Below are positions 33,211 to 47,980 of a DNA stretch of 48,433 nt, piece after piece (positions within the stretch are counted from its first letter, which is position 1; every line of letters begins with the position of its first letter). This stretch comes from Xylographa opegraphella (Eukaryota). The DNA is taken from NCBI GenBank assembly GCA_022813865.1, contig JALDZX010000045.1, positions 124,001 through 172,433 of the forward strand, in the 5' to 3' direction. The notes beneath the pieces are model-generated. The model was given only the letters and a program-made list of their open reading frames with translations, was not told the origin of the DNA and did not search any database. Both the position numbers and the translations under genes were made by a program.

Positions 33211-36200
33211 CTAGAACCTGGAGACCGCGATCGCGATCGCCTGGGTGTCGTCGTGGCTGATGCTGACCTCCACACCTTGGACGCCAGCTTTTGACGCTGC
33301 GGCTTTGGCATCGCCGTGTAACTGAGCTGTCAGTTAGTCGCATGGTTGGGTGGAAGCTCATCAGGGACGAGACTTACAGTAACCGTCGGAGCTCCCTTTT
33401 CGTCATTCAGCACTTCGATATCCGCCATGCCTGCACCGGCCCCTTTACCACTGACCCCCAAGCTCTTGAAGACTGCTTCTTTTGCGCTCCATTTGCCTGC
33501 GAAGCTGGCTTGCGGATTGGGTGCCTTGCGGCAGTACTCTTGTTCCTTGGCCGTGAAATTTCGCTCCAGGAAAGTCTCGTTCTCGACGTTGATAGCATCG
33601 ATGCTCTCGACATCAACCCCAAGCTTTGAGTTCTTCATCGCAGTGGCTTTGGCGAGTGATTCGACCATCTGCTTGGTCGATTCGGCTTTCTTTTCCACGG
33701 CTGGATGTTTGGGTGCTGATTTCTGCGGCGCCGCGGTCTTAGGAGCCGACACTGGGTAGGTGAGGTCCGAGGTCTTCTTGTTGATTGAAACTCTTGCGGT
33801 AGGATTGAGGAAGACTTCGTTCATCTGAGCTTCCTCGTAGGGAGAGTGGGTTTTCGCAACGAACAGGGTGTTAGTGATAAGGCCGTTGTGGAAGTAGCGG
33901 TAAGCACGCTTCTGCCGGGCCTGCACCTTCGTTCGGTAAGTCTGATATTGAGCTGGATCCAATGTCGCATAGAGATATTTTGGATGAATACCAATGGCTT
34001 GAGCTCCTTTCTGACCAAATCCAAATGAAGTCACCGAAAATGCCTTGATACCATCGGTTTGTATACTCCGGCTCGGGTAGACTATGTAATCAAACTTTTC
34101 CATCACCTTATCGACATTATCGGCATTCCGGTTACCAGGAACGAGGCCGCTGTTCAGAACCTGCAGACAACCATTAAACATCCAAGCACCGGCAGCTCCT
34201 TTCGGATGTCCAGTGAGATACTTCTGGAATATACCCAGCAGAGCATTGCCCTTCTGTCGACCTAGGTGCTTCATTTGCTGGCAGATAACATCGGACTCGT
34301 TCTTATCATTAGCAACAGTGGAGGTTCCGTGGAAAGACGCAACATCAAGGTCATCAATAGTCAGACCCCACGTCGCAAGCGCTCCTCTCAACGGTGCAAT
34401 TCGTTCGTCTTGTTTCCAGAAGTTGTTGCCAAGGCTATACATTGCATCTTTTTCTTGCCGCATGGCTTCTCTGGCGATGTGCTGAACACGGTCTTGCATG
34501 TACTCCGATTCGTCAAAATCGTCACCTTGAGACTTCATTGCACTCAGCTCTTCCTGGAGGTATAGTAACTCGGACTCTTGCCACTGCTTAATTTGGTTCT
34601 TTCGGAGATCAAGCTGGCGTCTCCGGTAGTTGATGTCAAGAAGAGGTGACGGGTACTTGGAGGGGAATTCGCGAGCAGTGGTCAATACACCCTTGCCAGG
34701 TGCCGGGACAGATCTACCAATTTTGTCTGTAGCAGTCGCGGTAAATGCGACAACACCGTATATTGGCACACCCATATCCAAAGCCAACTGAGCACTCATA
34801 ATTATTTGCATGCCACACCCTTGGGATTCCATGAAGCCATTTCGAGTAGTGGTAGTGGGTCGTGACATTTCCTTTGGCGTTCTTCCATGCGCAATTTCCT
34901 CTTCAGCATTGCTTGTGGCCTTCATATTTGCGAATTCATAGGATCCTTCCTCTTGGAAGTCATCAAACCCACCAACAAAGCAGACTCGGGCCTTGCCTTC
35001 AACAATGGTCTCATAGCCGATGTCGATAGATTCGACAGCTGTTGCACAAGCCCCCACAGGTGTTTTAATTGGCCCAGTAGATGATATCAGCAGCATGTTG
35101 ACCCAGGCACTCATGGTGTTGATAAACGACTCTTGGAGGATGTCTTTTTGAAGTGGCTTATCCATGTACCTGTCTTTATACATGCCTCGTAGTGCGGTCG
35201 TTCCACCAAGGCCAGAGCCAACACAGTTCCCGACTTCGGATATATGAACGTACTGATAGAATTCGTATGGGTCGGTGATCCCGGATGCCAATAAGGACTC
35301 TGCGGTGCAGACGAGAACATAGAGAGTGACCGGGTCGACTTGAGAAATAATATCATCTGGGATACCGTAGTGCTTGGCATTCCAGCCAGTAGGGATTTGA
35401 CCAGCTACAAGTCGATCGAATTTGAGCGCCTTCGGGATCAAGAGCGTTGCGCCCTTCTTGAGGCGTACAGTGTACTCTCCTGAGTCCGACAGCTCGAAAA
35501 TCTCAACTTTGTCGCCATGTTCTCGCTTGAATTCTTCCGCGGTTTCTTTTGAAGCTTCGAATTGTTCAAGATCCTCCTCGATGACAACTTCCTGCAGAAG
35601 TTGTTTCTTCTTAGGATCATAGCCATTAAATAGTTCCGATTCGATAAGTCGGATACCGGAGTGCTCGAGAACATATTTCTCGTATTTTGGCTTCACGTCC
35701 TTGTCGTCAACCGGCTCGCCCGACTTAGCATCTACCCAGCCAGAATAGGATTTGCCTTTAAGCGGCCCATTGTGGTTTTTAATGAGCCCCATAATCCACG
35801 CCATCTCCACACATCCCTCCAAGGAGAATTGTCCATATGCTTCCATTTCCCATCGTGTTCGCGAATTACCCCATGGGCCGACCTCGGAAAATCCAGTTAC
35901 CACAACAACTTTGTCCAAATCAACCATTCCTTTCAGTTTACTATTCAAAGGTTCGACCTCTTTTTTCCAGTCTGGCAACTCTGGAAATTCATATTTGATG
36001 TTAGCTCTTGGTTCGATGGTAACCTTCTTGTAAAGCGCTTCACTGTCCTCTCCATTCACGATGGTATTTTCAATTGCTGTCTCTTTTGTTACTGCCTTTC
36101 TGATTTCACTCTTCTCCATGATCTCCTTGCGAATATCGGTCATGAGATCTTTCGCATTAGTAATGAATTGAAATCCTCCATTCAAGTCCGCAAAAACAGG

Positions 36201-38964
36201 CTCAACTTGGCAGAGATCTACTATAGTAGGTGACATAAGACCGAGAATGTTGAAAGCCATTTCCTGTTGAGAAAAGGTTCGAACGCCATAGCGTTCAAGC
36301 CCTTCTGCGACTATGTTGTTGCCACTCATGAGACCAGTCCCTCTTGTCCAGCCAATGACTGCACCGCAAATAGTCAAGAAATTGCTCCAATTTTCGGAAT
36401 GCCAACGATTGAAAAGAGTTTCGAGAGCCAACTTGGATTCGGAGTAGAGACCATCGTTCCCAAATGTTCCATGATTAGGTGAAAGTGGTAGCATGACCTG
36501 AGCCGGACGTGTTTCGAAACCTCTCTCCTGCTTCTGTGACTTGACGCATCCAAGGAGTCTGAGGAGGTTAGTCAGCATGATTCTATGCGCGAGCTCGGAT
36601 TTTGAATCAATGCTATCGATTTCGCGGCCATTCTCTGGAATTGCTGCAAAGGGAACGACGAAATCAAGATCCCAGCCCAGGCCCTTCTTTGAGTCATATA
36701 TGTACTCAACAAGAGCCTCGACATCCTGCTTGCTACCTTGGTTGAAAGGGACAACCACGAGCTGCGAGCCACTCGAGCCGTACCGTGCATACATTGACTG
36801 ATAGTACTCTGTAACTTCCCTCGAGAATCTGCTGGTAGTAACGACAACCTTTGCACCACCACTTATCAGGCCTTGCAATACGTCGGCGCCGATCGACCCG
36901 GCACCTGCACCAGTCATCAAAGCATTTTTGCCCTGGAACGTGACTCCCTCTCTGGCAGCCAGTTCTAGGCCGTCAAGGTAAAGTCCAGTAAGCTTTTTAC
37001 TATATTCCCAGCCGTGCTCATCCTTCCTCTTCAGATGCAGAAATGGTATCGTCTCGACTTTCCCAGGCTTGAGGTTACCATTCATACCTGGTTTAGAACC
37101 ATTCTTACCACCTCTCTTAACATGTCCGTTTAGTGCCTTTCCGTTTTCGAGAGGCATGATCTGCCCCTCGTTCATGGCCAGCGATCGAATCACGTTCTCG
37201 TACAAGGATTTAATCTGTAGTTGAGAGGACTTCGAGAGCTTGTGTTGTTGTTTGATGAGTTTGTAAATGCGGCTAAGGTCGTTCTGCACTTTAGTACGAT
37301 TGCCGTACTCTGATATCTTCCCACCATCGGCCATCTCGCGGACATAGTGTTCAAGCTTGCGTACGCTGGGTCTGGGAACCTCTCTATAGTCAAGGTTACC
37401 TCGGTGGTCGACTGTGGTCTGCGGACCAGTTGGTACCGCAACGTCTTTGTAGACTGGGGCCTCATTGATCACCTCCTTACAGTTCTCGATCAATTGTTGC
37501 CCAAGTTCTTTTGCAAGCTTGTATGTTTCTCCTCGTTCCGTGGGGCAGTTGTCGATGTGGTACTGCATGAATTCGAGCAAAAGAGGGTTGGATCGATTCA
37601 TTATGCGTATGCACTGGCTGACAATTTCGCGGTCCACGGCCTTTAGTCGACCGAAAATGATATCGTAGTACATGGACAAAGCATCTTGGCGTGCCCAATT
37701 CCATGCAGAGTCATACACGCGAGCTTTGAGTTGACTGAAGGACGGTTCAATGCCGTTAGCATAGAACTCGCCGTGCTCCGTGTTCCATAGATCGAGCTGC
37801 GCCTGAAGAACTTTCTGTGAAACTTTCGAGTCAACGTATGCTTTGTCACCTGATCGAAGATCTATTTTAAGATAACGTGCATAGAGCTCTAGCTGTTGCT
37901 TGAATAAAGCACGCTGATCTTTTGTGAGAGCGTCGATTGCGGCAGGATCCATCATCATCCCACCCGCTGAACCTCCATTATCACGGCCTGCAGCTGGTAC
38001 GGAGAGGTTGATGCCAGCTGCAGCGGCGTACTTGTTGGCCACGTCGTCCAGGAATGCCTTTGCGTCCGGCTCCGTACCCAGTCGAGCTGCTGGCTCCATC
38101 GTGAGGGCCAAGAGTAGCACACCGTCCTGTCTCCCTGCACCTAGACCCCACCGTGTTTCAAGGTATTTTCTAACCGCGGTTATATTGAATCCACCCGGCA
38201 TCTTTGAGGAGACTAGTCGAGCAACCAACGAGGAAGACTGTTTGCCCAATTGGCCGTTAAAAGTCGCTTGCATCGACGCGCCAAGCTCGTCGAGAGGAGT
38301 ATCTTCAGGCTTTTCCGGTGTTGAACCAAACTCCTTACCAAGATCTCCGAGAATTTCATTCTGCAAGGTTGATTTACCTATAATGATCATAGATTAGTAT
38401 AGAACCATCTCATTCGCATGAAACCAAAAGCAACCTACCTCCTACCAAGTCTTTAATAGCTTTACTAAGAGGGATCTCCATAAGACCCTTCTTGAGCTTT
38501 TGGGCTATTAAGGCCCGCACTATATCTACAGCAGTGACAGGCGCATCTGCGACAGCTGCAGCAGGCCCTGCACTAGGGACCGCTGGGGCTGCAGAAACAG
38601 GTGCCGGTTGTGTCTGTGTTGGGGAAGGTGAGGGAGCAGAAAGATCTGCACTTGTTGGACTCGGTGTGGCCTCCTCTTCGACAGGGTCAACTTCGTAGTA
38701 AATCTCTTTCGCATCCTTATTATAGCAGAGGATTTGCCGTTGAAGAGACAGAGCGGCATCGTAGGCTTCGTATTTTGAAGCCAAGGTCCGCTTGGCCATG
38801 CCCCCTAGGGTATCTGCAGGCCCTATCTCGACAATTCGTTCTGTATTCCTCTCCGCCAAGATGACATCCTGAGTCTCTATCCATCTTACCGGCGACGCAA
38901 ACTGGTATGCCAACAGTTCAATCAAGAGGGTATGTGCAAGCTCTTGCTCAACTTCGGGGCGCAT
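33211..38964 (-). CDS. FAS2: Fatty acid synthase subunit alpha (MPT C-part, ACP, KR, KS, PPT). Exons 38964-38439, 38377-33378, 33321-33211
   Basis: [48 protein letters not shown] across intron 38438-38378; [56 protein letters not shown], with the last exon [24 protein letters not shown] after intron 33377-33322. Confidence 0.97.
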
Positions 38965-40157
38965 CGCAAGGACAGTTTAACGTCCAAGGACGACTGAATG
39001 GATGGTGTGCTGGAGCTATGCTATGAGGAACACAGGTTGTAGGAATTATAATGAGATTAAAGTCGTTCAGCGAAACGCGTTTGAGGGTGAGGTTTTCAGA
39101 TTGTGGTGTGAGATTATTTCATTGATGAAGTTGAGCAATCTGCGACATGAGCTCGATATCACTCCAGGTATTCCGGCTTCTAGCCTAAACGGATGCTGGA
39201 GATCTGATGCATGTACGACTGTTGGGGCCGAACTGCATCCGTGGACAGGGAAGCTTTGAGTTTTGAGACTTGTCCTAACGGTAACCAAAGAGCGTTGATA
39301 ACGCTAGCTTCAAAGCTAGCAAAAAGAAGGAGGTACGGTAGGTAATTTATGTCGGATGGCACTACAGCTCACTGGTGCTTCAGATTAACAGAAAGATGGC
39401 CCAGTCAAGGTGGACACTCAGAATTTGGTACGACAAAGCCAGCATGAGCAGTAGTTAGCTGTCGAACATTTTAAAACCTGTGGTATCAGTTCAAAGTCTG
39501 CTTTGTAGCTCTACAGGTTTGGCAAGAAGCTAGTGTTACGAAACACTTAGTTTCCCAACCTTGAATTAGCGGGGACATTCCCCGGATTTTGGGGATTACG
39601 TCAAAAAAATCTTGCCCACCACAACGGCGCGTGGTCTCGGCTTCAACAGCTTGGATTGCGCTCAGGGCTGCATGTGATCAGTCGTGCTACGTAGATTTCA
39701 GCTAAAACGATGCCAATGATACGCTGCTTGGATTTTGTACAACCCAATTCCCGCCCAACACCCAGCTCTGTTCAGTAATCCCATCTCAGTTCACGCGGCT
39801 AGCGTCATAGGGATCGCTCAACGTGTGGCTGATCCCTGCATCTTGTTGGAGCTCCTACTCAACCCGCTAGATACGAAAAGTCTCGTGATCAGCCTATGTT
39901 TCGCTATAGGAACAACCATTCGCATTTTACTATACAAGTGCAACAGCTTCGCGCGAGAGCATGAACAGTTCGCCTATTGTTCAGCTTGTCTATCAATAAT
40001 TTCCTTGCGTTCTCGCAGCTGGTTGACGTTTGGTGACGCTGCCGATTTATTAACAGCTTGCTTGCGGAATTCATCCCTGGCGACGTAAGGAATTTGTATT
40101 GTCATCCAGCTGATGAAGTAGCTAAAATCGGGGCAGACAATCCTTCAATTCCCCACA
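38965..40157. promoter_or_regulatory. Shared divergent FAS2/FAS1 promoter; likely 5'-UTR intron of FAS1 at 40085-40136
   Basis: Head-to-head arrangement typical of Pezizomycotina FAS pairs; palindrome CGGGGA-CAT-TCCCCG at 39570-39584; GTAAGG..GCTAAA..CAG just upstream of the ATG at 40158. Confidence 0.6.
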
Positions 40158-43100
40158 ATGTCCCCAAATACACTTCAGATCAATACTCTCCACCTGCCAG
40201 GCCATTCAAGCAATGGCCCCCAGACGGGTGTCTCGACGCCTCGATCGTCATCCTCTCTCCGCCCTCTTGTACTCTCTCATGGATCACTAGATTACTCTCT
40301 CCTTATACCTACCGCACTTCACTTCCAAGCTTCACAATTAAAGGACCGCTTCACTGCGTCGCTTCCTGCACCAACTGATGCTCTGGCACAAGATGATGAG
40401 CCCTCATCAATTCCAGAACTTGTGGCCCGATTCCTTGGTTTTGTTGTCAAAGAGTCTGATGAAGACGATGATGCACAAGGATCGTACGAAGAGGTATTGC
40501 AACTTATACTTAATGAGTTCGAAAGAGCATTCTTACGGGGGAACGATGTGCATGCTATTGCGGCATCGCTTCCCGGTATTGAACAGAAGAAGCTCTTGGT
40601 GGTCAAGGCATACTTCATGGCCCGAGCTGCCACAAACCGGCCAATTCGACCGAACAAGTCTGCACTTCTCCGAGCATCGAGTGATGACGAGGCCGCCCTA
40701 TATACTATCTTTGGTGGTCAGGGGAACATTGAAGAATACTTTGACGAGCTTCGCGAGGTCTATACCACATACCCCTCATTCTTGGAGGAATTGATATCCG
40801 AGTCTGCCCAGCTTTTGCAATCATTGGCCCGAGAGCCCCGAGCAGAAAAACTCTACTCTAAAGGGCTCGATGTCATGCGATGGCTTCATGTCAAAGATTC
40901 CCAGCCTGATACAGATTATCTTGTGTCTGCTCCAGTTAGCTTGCCTTTGATCGGGTTAGTGCAGCTTGCGCATTATACGGTCACTTGTCGAACATTGGGA
41001 ATTACTCCTGGGGAATTTCGGGATCTCCTCAAAGGTACTACTGGACATTCACAGGGAGTTGTCACAGCAGCAGCTATTGCTTCCGCAGACTCTTGGGAAT
41101 CTTTCAAGAAAGCCGCAAGGAATGCTTTAATTATGTTATTTTGGATTGGATCCCGAAGTCAACAGGCTTACCCCCGGACTTCTCTTGCCCCTTCGATACT
41201 GCAAGATTCCCAAGAGAACGGAGAAGGTACGCCTACGCCTATGCTGTCTATCCGAGATCTTCCACTCCGTGCAGTGCAAGAGCACATCGATACCACCAAC
41301 CACCATCTTCCAGAAGATCGCCATATCGGTATATCTCTGGTAAACAGTGCACGGAACTTTGTTGTAACTGGGCCGCCGATTTCTCTTTATGGTCTTAACC
41401 TCAGGCTTCGTAAGGTAAAAGCTCCTACAGGCCTTGACCAGACCCGAATCCCGTACACACAGCGCAAAGTTCGGTTTGTAAATCGTTTCTTACCAATCAC
41501 TGCCCCTTTTCACAGTCCTTATCTTGCTGAGGCATACAAACATATCGAGGAGGACTTGAAAGATATTCAAATTCCTCCGAAAGCTCTCGGCATTGCAGTT
41601 TACAATACCAACACCGGCAAGGACATGCGTGGCGATGATTCTGCAAATATTGTCCCAGCATTGATCCGCATGATAACACAAGATACCGTGAATTGGGAGA
41701 AAGCGACTGTGTTCCCTAAAGCGACCCATGTTATCGACTTCGGGCCTGGCGGAATCTCGGGCCTAGGTGTTCTGACGAACCGGAGTAAAGAGGGTACTGG
41801 TGTCCGAGTGATTCTCGCTGGGGCTATGGATGGAACCAACATAGAAGTTGGTTACAAGACAGAGCTCTTCGATAGGGATGAAGAACATGCCGTCAAGTAC
41901 GCTATCGATTGGGTCAAGGAGCACGGGCCGAAGTTAGTCAAAACCTCCGTTGGCCAGACATTTGTCGATACCAAGATGAGCCGGCTTTTGGGGGTCCCTC
42001 CAGTGATGGTAGCTGGGATGACTCCTTGTACTGTGCCTTGGGATTTTGTCGCTGCTACCATGAACGCTGGCTACCAGATCGAGCTCGCAGGTGGCGGCTA
42101 CTATAACGCAAAGACTATGACTGAGGCTCTTACCAAGATTGAGAAAGCCATCCCTGCAGGACGTGGTATCACCATCAACTTGATTTATGTCAACCCCCGT
42201 GCTATGCAGTGGCAGATACCGTTGATCGGACAACTTCGAGCTGACGGCGTCCCAATCGAAGGTCTGACAATCGGGGCCGGCGTGCCTTCCATCGAAGTCG
42301 CAAACGAGTATATTGAGACGCTTGGCATCAAGCACATAGCCTTCAAGCCGGGCTCCATGGAAGCTGTTCAGCAAGTCATCAATATTGCCAAGGCAAACCC
42401 ACACTTTCCTGTATTGCTTCAGTGGACCGGTGGACGTGGTGGGGGGCATCATTCTTACGAGGACATGCATCAGCCTATTCTTCAAATGTATGGAAGAATT
42501 CGAAGGTGCGACAACATTGTCTTGATTGCTGGAAGTGGTTTCGGTGGCTCCGAGGATACGTACCCTTACATGACTGGTGCCTGGTCCTCTAAGTTCGGCT
42601 ATCCACCAATGCCCTTCGATGGGTGCCTTTTTGGCAGTCGTATGATGACAGCTAAAGAATGTCATACATCAAAAAATGCGAAAAAAGCAATTGCGGACGC
42701 AGAGGGTGTTGATGACGGCCAATGGGAGAAGACCTACAAAGGCCCTGCTGGTGGCGTAATCACTGTACGCTCCGAAATGGGAGAGCCTATCCATAAGCTT
42801 GCAACTCGAGGTGTTAGGTTCTGGGCTGAAATGGATCAAAAGATTTTCAGTCTGGATAAAGCTAAGCGCGTTCCGGAACTCTTGAAGCAAAAAGAGTATA
42901 TCATCAAAAAACTCAATGATGACTTCCAGAAAGTCTGGTTCGGTCGAAATGAAGCCGGCGAAGTAGCTGACCTTGAGGATATGACTTATGGTGAGGTCAT
43001 TCGTCGGATGGTAGATCTCATGTACGTCAGGCACGAATCGCGTTGGATCGATCAATCACTGCAACGCCTGACAGGAGATTTTATTCGACGAGTCGAGGAA

Positions 43101-46100
43101 CGATTCACTAAGAAGACTGGTCAACCATCTCTTCTTCAAAGCTATGCCGAGCTCAACGAGCCGTACAATGTCGTCGGCCTGATCCTCAATTCGTATCCTC
43201 AATGTCGAGAGCAACTTATAAGTGCTCAGGATGTGCAGCACTTCTTACTACTTTGTCAGCGCCGAGGTCAGAAGCCTGTTCCCTTTGTACCTTCGTTGGA
43301 TGAGAACTTCGAATTCTACTTCAAAAAGGACTCTCTCTGGCAATCTGAAGACCTTGAGGCAGTGGTGGATCAAGATGTCGGAAGAACATGTATCTTGCAA
43401 GGTCCCACGGCAGTGAAGTATTCCAACACGGTCGATGAGCCAATCAAGGACATCTTAGATGGCATACACAACGATCACATCAAAGGGTTGACCCAGGACT
43501 TGTATGGCGGAGACGATTCTGCTATACCTATCGTGGAATACTTTGGTAGTCAATCTCTTGTCGATGCAGATGGTCCTCTTGATGTGGATGGGCTCACGAT
43601 AAGCGAAGAGACAGGAAAAATAAGTTATCGTCTTTCTCAAGCGGCCAATGCTCGTCTACCGGAAACAGAGGCCTGGATGCATCTACTCGCCGGGAAAGCG
43701 TACTCATGGAGATATGCTCTGTTTACTACTGAAGTGTTCGTCCAAGGTCAACGATTCCAGACTAATCCAATGAAGAGGATATTTGCACCCAGCAAAGGAA
43801 TGCTCGTAGAGATCTTCCAGCCTACCGAACCGCTGAAAACCGTCATCTCCGTGAAAGAAATATCAAATTCAGGAAAGGAGCTGAAGACGGTTGAAGTCAA
43901 AATGACCCAAAAGAACGAGCTGGTCGTGAACTTGTTTGAAGAACGAAATGCAGAAGGAAGAGCAGTTGCATTGCCCCTCAGATTCACTTACCATCCTGAA
44001 ACTGGCTACGCTCCTATCAAGGAGGTTATGACTGGCCGTAATGACCGTATCAAAGAGTTCTACTTCAAGATCTGGTTTGGAGACGAAGAAGTTCCTTTCG
44101 ATACCCCTGCTACTAGTACCTTCGAAGGTGGACGAGCGACTGTTACCAGTCAAGCCATTGCCGACTTTGTTCATGCTGTTGGCAACACCGGTGAGGCTTT
44201 TGTCGAGCGGCCCGGAAAAGAGATTTTTGCACCGATGGATTTCGCTATTGTTGTTGGATGGAAGGCTATTACCAAGCCAATATTTCCTCGCGAGATTGAT
44301 GGAGACCTACTGAAATTGGTTCACTTATCCAACGGTTTCCGAATGCTACCTGGTGCCGAACCATTGAAGAAAGGAGATGTCCTTGACACTACAGCACAAG
44401 TCAACGCGGTCATCAACCAGGATTCGGGCAAGATGGTTGAAGTATGTGGAACAATTAAGCGGGATGGAAGACCAATCATGGAAGTGACGAGTCAATTTTT
44501 GTATAGAGGCGCTTATAACGACTTCGAGAACACATTCCAGCGAAAAGAAGAAACTCCGATGCAGCTTCACCTTGGGACTACCAAAGACGTCGCTGTTCTG
44601 CGTTCGAAAGAATGGTTTCGAATGGACGAGTCTGACATCGATCTTCTGAACCAAACGTTGATATTCCGACTACAAAGTCTCGTCCGCTTCAAGAACAAGA
44701 CAATGTTCAGCTCAGTGGAAACCATTGGTCAAGTGCTACTCGAGCTTCCAACTAAGGAAATCATCCAGGTGGCGGCCGTTGATTACGATGCTGGCACGTC
44801 TCACGGAAACCCCGTCATTGATTACCTGCAGCGGTATGGTTCCTCAATCGAACAACCTGTTCATTTTGAGAACGCTATTCCACTCAACAGTAAGACTCCA
44901 CTCATTCTAAGAGCTCCAGCATCGAACGAAACTTATGCTCGCGTCTCTGGCGATTATAATCCGATACATGTGTCTCGTGTTTTTGCGAGTTATGCGAACC
45001 TCCCCGGAACTATCACCCATGGGATGTACTCCAGTGCTGCTGTTCGAAGTCTGGTCGAGACATGGGCTGCCGAGAACAATATTGGCCGTGTGCGATCTTT
45101 CCATTGTTCACTTGTTGGTATGGTCCTCCCCAACGACGACATCGAAGTGAAGTTACATCACACTGGTATGGTGTCTGGACGTAAGATAATCAAGGTAGAG
45201 GCCAGCAACAAGGACACAGAAGACAAGGTCCTCATTGGCGAGGCCGAGGTTGAGCAGCCAGTATCTGCCTATGTCTTCACCGGACAAGGCTCTCAAGAGC
45301 AAGGTATGGGTATGGAACTTTATGCTAGCAGTCCAGTGGCGAAAGAGGTGTGGGATAGAGCGGATGCCCATTTCATGGAAAATTATGGTAGAGTTGCCGA
45401 CTTGTTACTGTATGAATTTTACTAATTTGGTCGCAGGATTTTCGATAACCAATATTGTCAGAAACAACCCTAAGGAGCTAACAATACACTTCGGAGGTCC
45501 TCGTGGGAGAGTCATCAGGCAGAACTATATGGCGATGACCTTTGAATCCGTCAATGCAGATGGCACAGTCAAGTCCGAGAAGATCTTCAAAGAGGTTAAG
45601 GAGAACACCACTTCTTACACTTACCGATCTCCTACTGGCTTACTGTCTGCCACTCAGTTCACACAACCGGCTTTGACATTAATGGAAAAGGCAATCTTCG
45701 AAGATATGCGCTTCAAAGGACTAGTACAGAGAGACAGTAGCTTCGCCGGTCACTCACTGGGTGAATATTCTGCATTGACTGCACTTGCCGAAGTTATGCC
45801 CATTGAGAGTCTAGTGTCCGTGGTCTTCTATCGTGGTCTAACGATGCAAGTTGCCGTCGAACGTGACGCACAAGGCCGATCGAACTACTCTATGTGTGCT
45901 GTTAACCCAAGCCGCATATCGAAGACCTTTAATGAGCAGGCGCTGCAATATGTCGTGGAGAATATTGCGGAAACAACAAGCTGGCTATTGGAGATTGTCA
46001 ATTACAATATTGCGAACATGCAATACGTTTGCGCTGGTGATGTGAGTATCCCAGCCTCACCACAATATATCCTAGCTAACCTATCATAGCTTCGCGCTCT

Positions 46101-46572
46101 TGATTGCCTCACCAATGTCACCAACTACCTCAAGGCCCAGAATATTGATATTCAGTCTCTCATGCAAAGCATGTCTCTTGAAGATGTCAAAGCTCGTCTT
46201 GGCGATATCATACATGAATGCGCGAAACAAACCGAAGCCAAGCCAAAGCCACTTGAGCTGCAACGTGGATTTGCAACCATTCCTCTGAAAGGCATTGACG
46301 TTCCTTTCCACAGCACCTTTTTACGGTCTGGTGTTAAACCTTTCCGAAGCTTCTTACTCAAAAACATTCACAGGACAACGATCGATCCGAGTAAATTGAT
46401 CGGCAAATACATTCCCAATGTCACGGCGAAGCCGTTCGAGATCACCAAAGAGTACTTTGAGGAGGTCTACAAGCTGACCAACAGCCCTAAGATTGGCAAC
46501 GTGCTGGCCAATTGGGACAAGTACGAAGCCGAGGATGGCAAGACCGATTTGCCAAAACCGCAGGTTGTGTAA
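40158..46572 (+). CDS. FAS1: Fatty acid synthase subunit beta (AT, ER, DH, MPT). Exons 40158-45387, 45437-46041, 46090-46572
   Basis: [19 protein letters not shown]-terminus; [44 protein letters not shown] and AGHSLGEY; removing introns 45388-45436 and 46042-46089 restores the frame. Confidence 0.97.
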
Positions 46573-47010
46573 TTGGAGACTAGGTGTGTATGTAGTATTT
46601 GGCGGCGGCGTTGTAGCCAGGGACATTGCATAAGGTCATATGTGGCCTTTGGCGGCTTTCTGTGGTTTAGATATCTTGCTTGCAACAATTGCATCAGAAT
46701 GTTTAGCTGTTTTAGAGAACTGTGCTCCTTAGGTCCTTGAGCCCTGGGAGAAACCAAGTTAGACAATGAATCCCCGTCGACCAAACATGAGCATCGACTT
46801 GAACGGCAGTCGTGTCTGCAAATCAGCCCCTTCACCGCAAGACGTCGTCCCCTTTTCCCACCCTGCACACCACAAGGAGGCCCAGTCCTCCCTCCAAATC
46901 CCAGTCTCCTCCCTCCCACTCATCCCCATATACCACTCCAAGCTCTCTCACACTCTCTCCCTTCTTCCCCTGCTCGCGCACCCCACACGCAACTCCCCCC
47001 TCCAACCCCC

Positions 47011-47660
47011 TCACTTATCCCCACCACCCAACATCGCCAGCGCCCCCACCGCCAGGATCGCCCACCAGTACCTACAGCCACACGTCAGTCGTCACCGTCC
47101 CCCCCTCCGCTTCAACACCAGAGCGAAAAAGCAACTCACTTCTGCAAAAACGTCTTCTCCACCACCTCCTCCTCCGCTACGCCCTCCCGACTCACCACCA
47201 CTGGCCTATTCAGCACCGGCCGCGGCGGCCGCGCTGCATAAGCGACGCGCACGCTCGGCCACGCTGCCTTGTCGGGGGAGGCGCTCGTGGCTGGGTCGTG
47301 GGGTGGGAGCGGCTCGGCGTTTCCGGGCTGGAAGGAGACGCTGAGGGTGCGGTTGTCGAGGGCGGAGAGCAGGATTAGGATGTGGGAGCCTGGATGGTGG
47401 AGGGCGGAGGCGAGGGTGAGGGTTGAGGGGTTCTGGGTGGTGGTTGAGGGTGAGGCGGAGAAGCTGAGGCGGAGGAGGGAGCTGGATGGTGGGGGTGGGG
47501 TGTAGGCTGTTAGGGTCGGGGGGGAGATGGTGAGGAGCGCGAGGGGGTGGGGGGAGGGGTAGGTGAGGGGCGTGTAGGTTAGGGTGAGGGTGGTGGAGAA
47601 GGCGGGGGGGAGGAGGAGGAGGGTGAGAGAGAGGAAGAGGGTGAGGAGGTGGGTGTGCAT
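47011..47660 (-). CDS. EMC10: ER membrane protein complex subunit 10-like protein. Exons 47660-47140 and 47071-47011
   Basis: N-terminal signal peptide (MHTHLLTLFLSLTLLLLPPAFS); PRPVLNRPVV..EEVVEKTFLQK|YWWAILAVGALAMLGGGDK* after intron 47139-47072 (GTGAGT..CTGAC..TAG). EKxFLQKYW followed by a TM helix is the EMC10 C-terminal signature. Confidence 0.7.
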
Positions 47661-47980
47661 TGTTGCGGTGGTGGTGGTTGATGGGGTGTGGAAGAGTGGA
47701 GGAAAGAATTGGGTGAACGAGTTAGTGGGAGGGGGCGTGTGGGTAGGTATTGAGGCGTTTTGGTATGGAGACGCGTGGTGGCTTTAGTTGCACGAATTGA
47801 TGTTCACGTGATGGTTTTGGAAATGAACATTCTCCTACCCCGATTTATTATTGTCGCCGTGAAATAGGTCCTTGGCCAATTTGCATCTTGTGTGTATACA
47901 GTAGCTAACTCTTTTGAAAGACTATTCCGATGCAAAAGATGTTTTTCGAAAAATTCGAAAATTCAAAAAATAGGTTTCGA

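Noticed and set aside
33211..46572. FAS pair as a secondary-metabolite (HexA/HexB-type) FAS of a biosynthetic cluster
   Set aside because: The sequences match the conserved primary FAS termini and motifs; there is no PKS/NRPS or tailoring cluster adjacent, and the neighbours are nsdD and an EMC10-like gene
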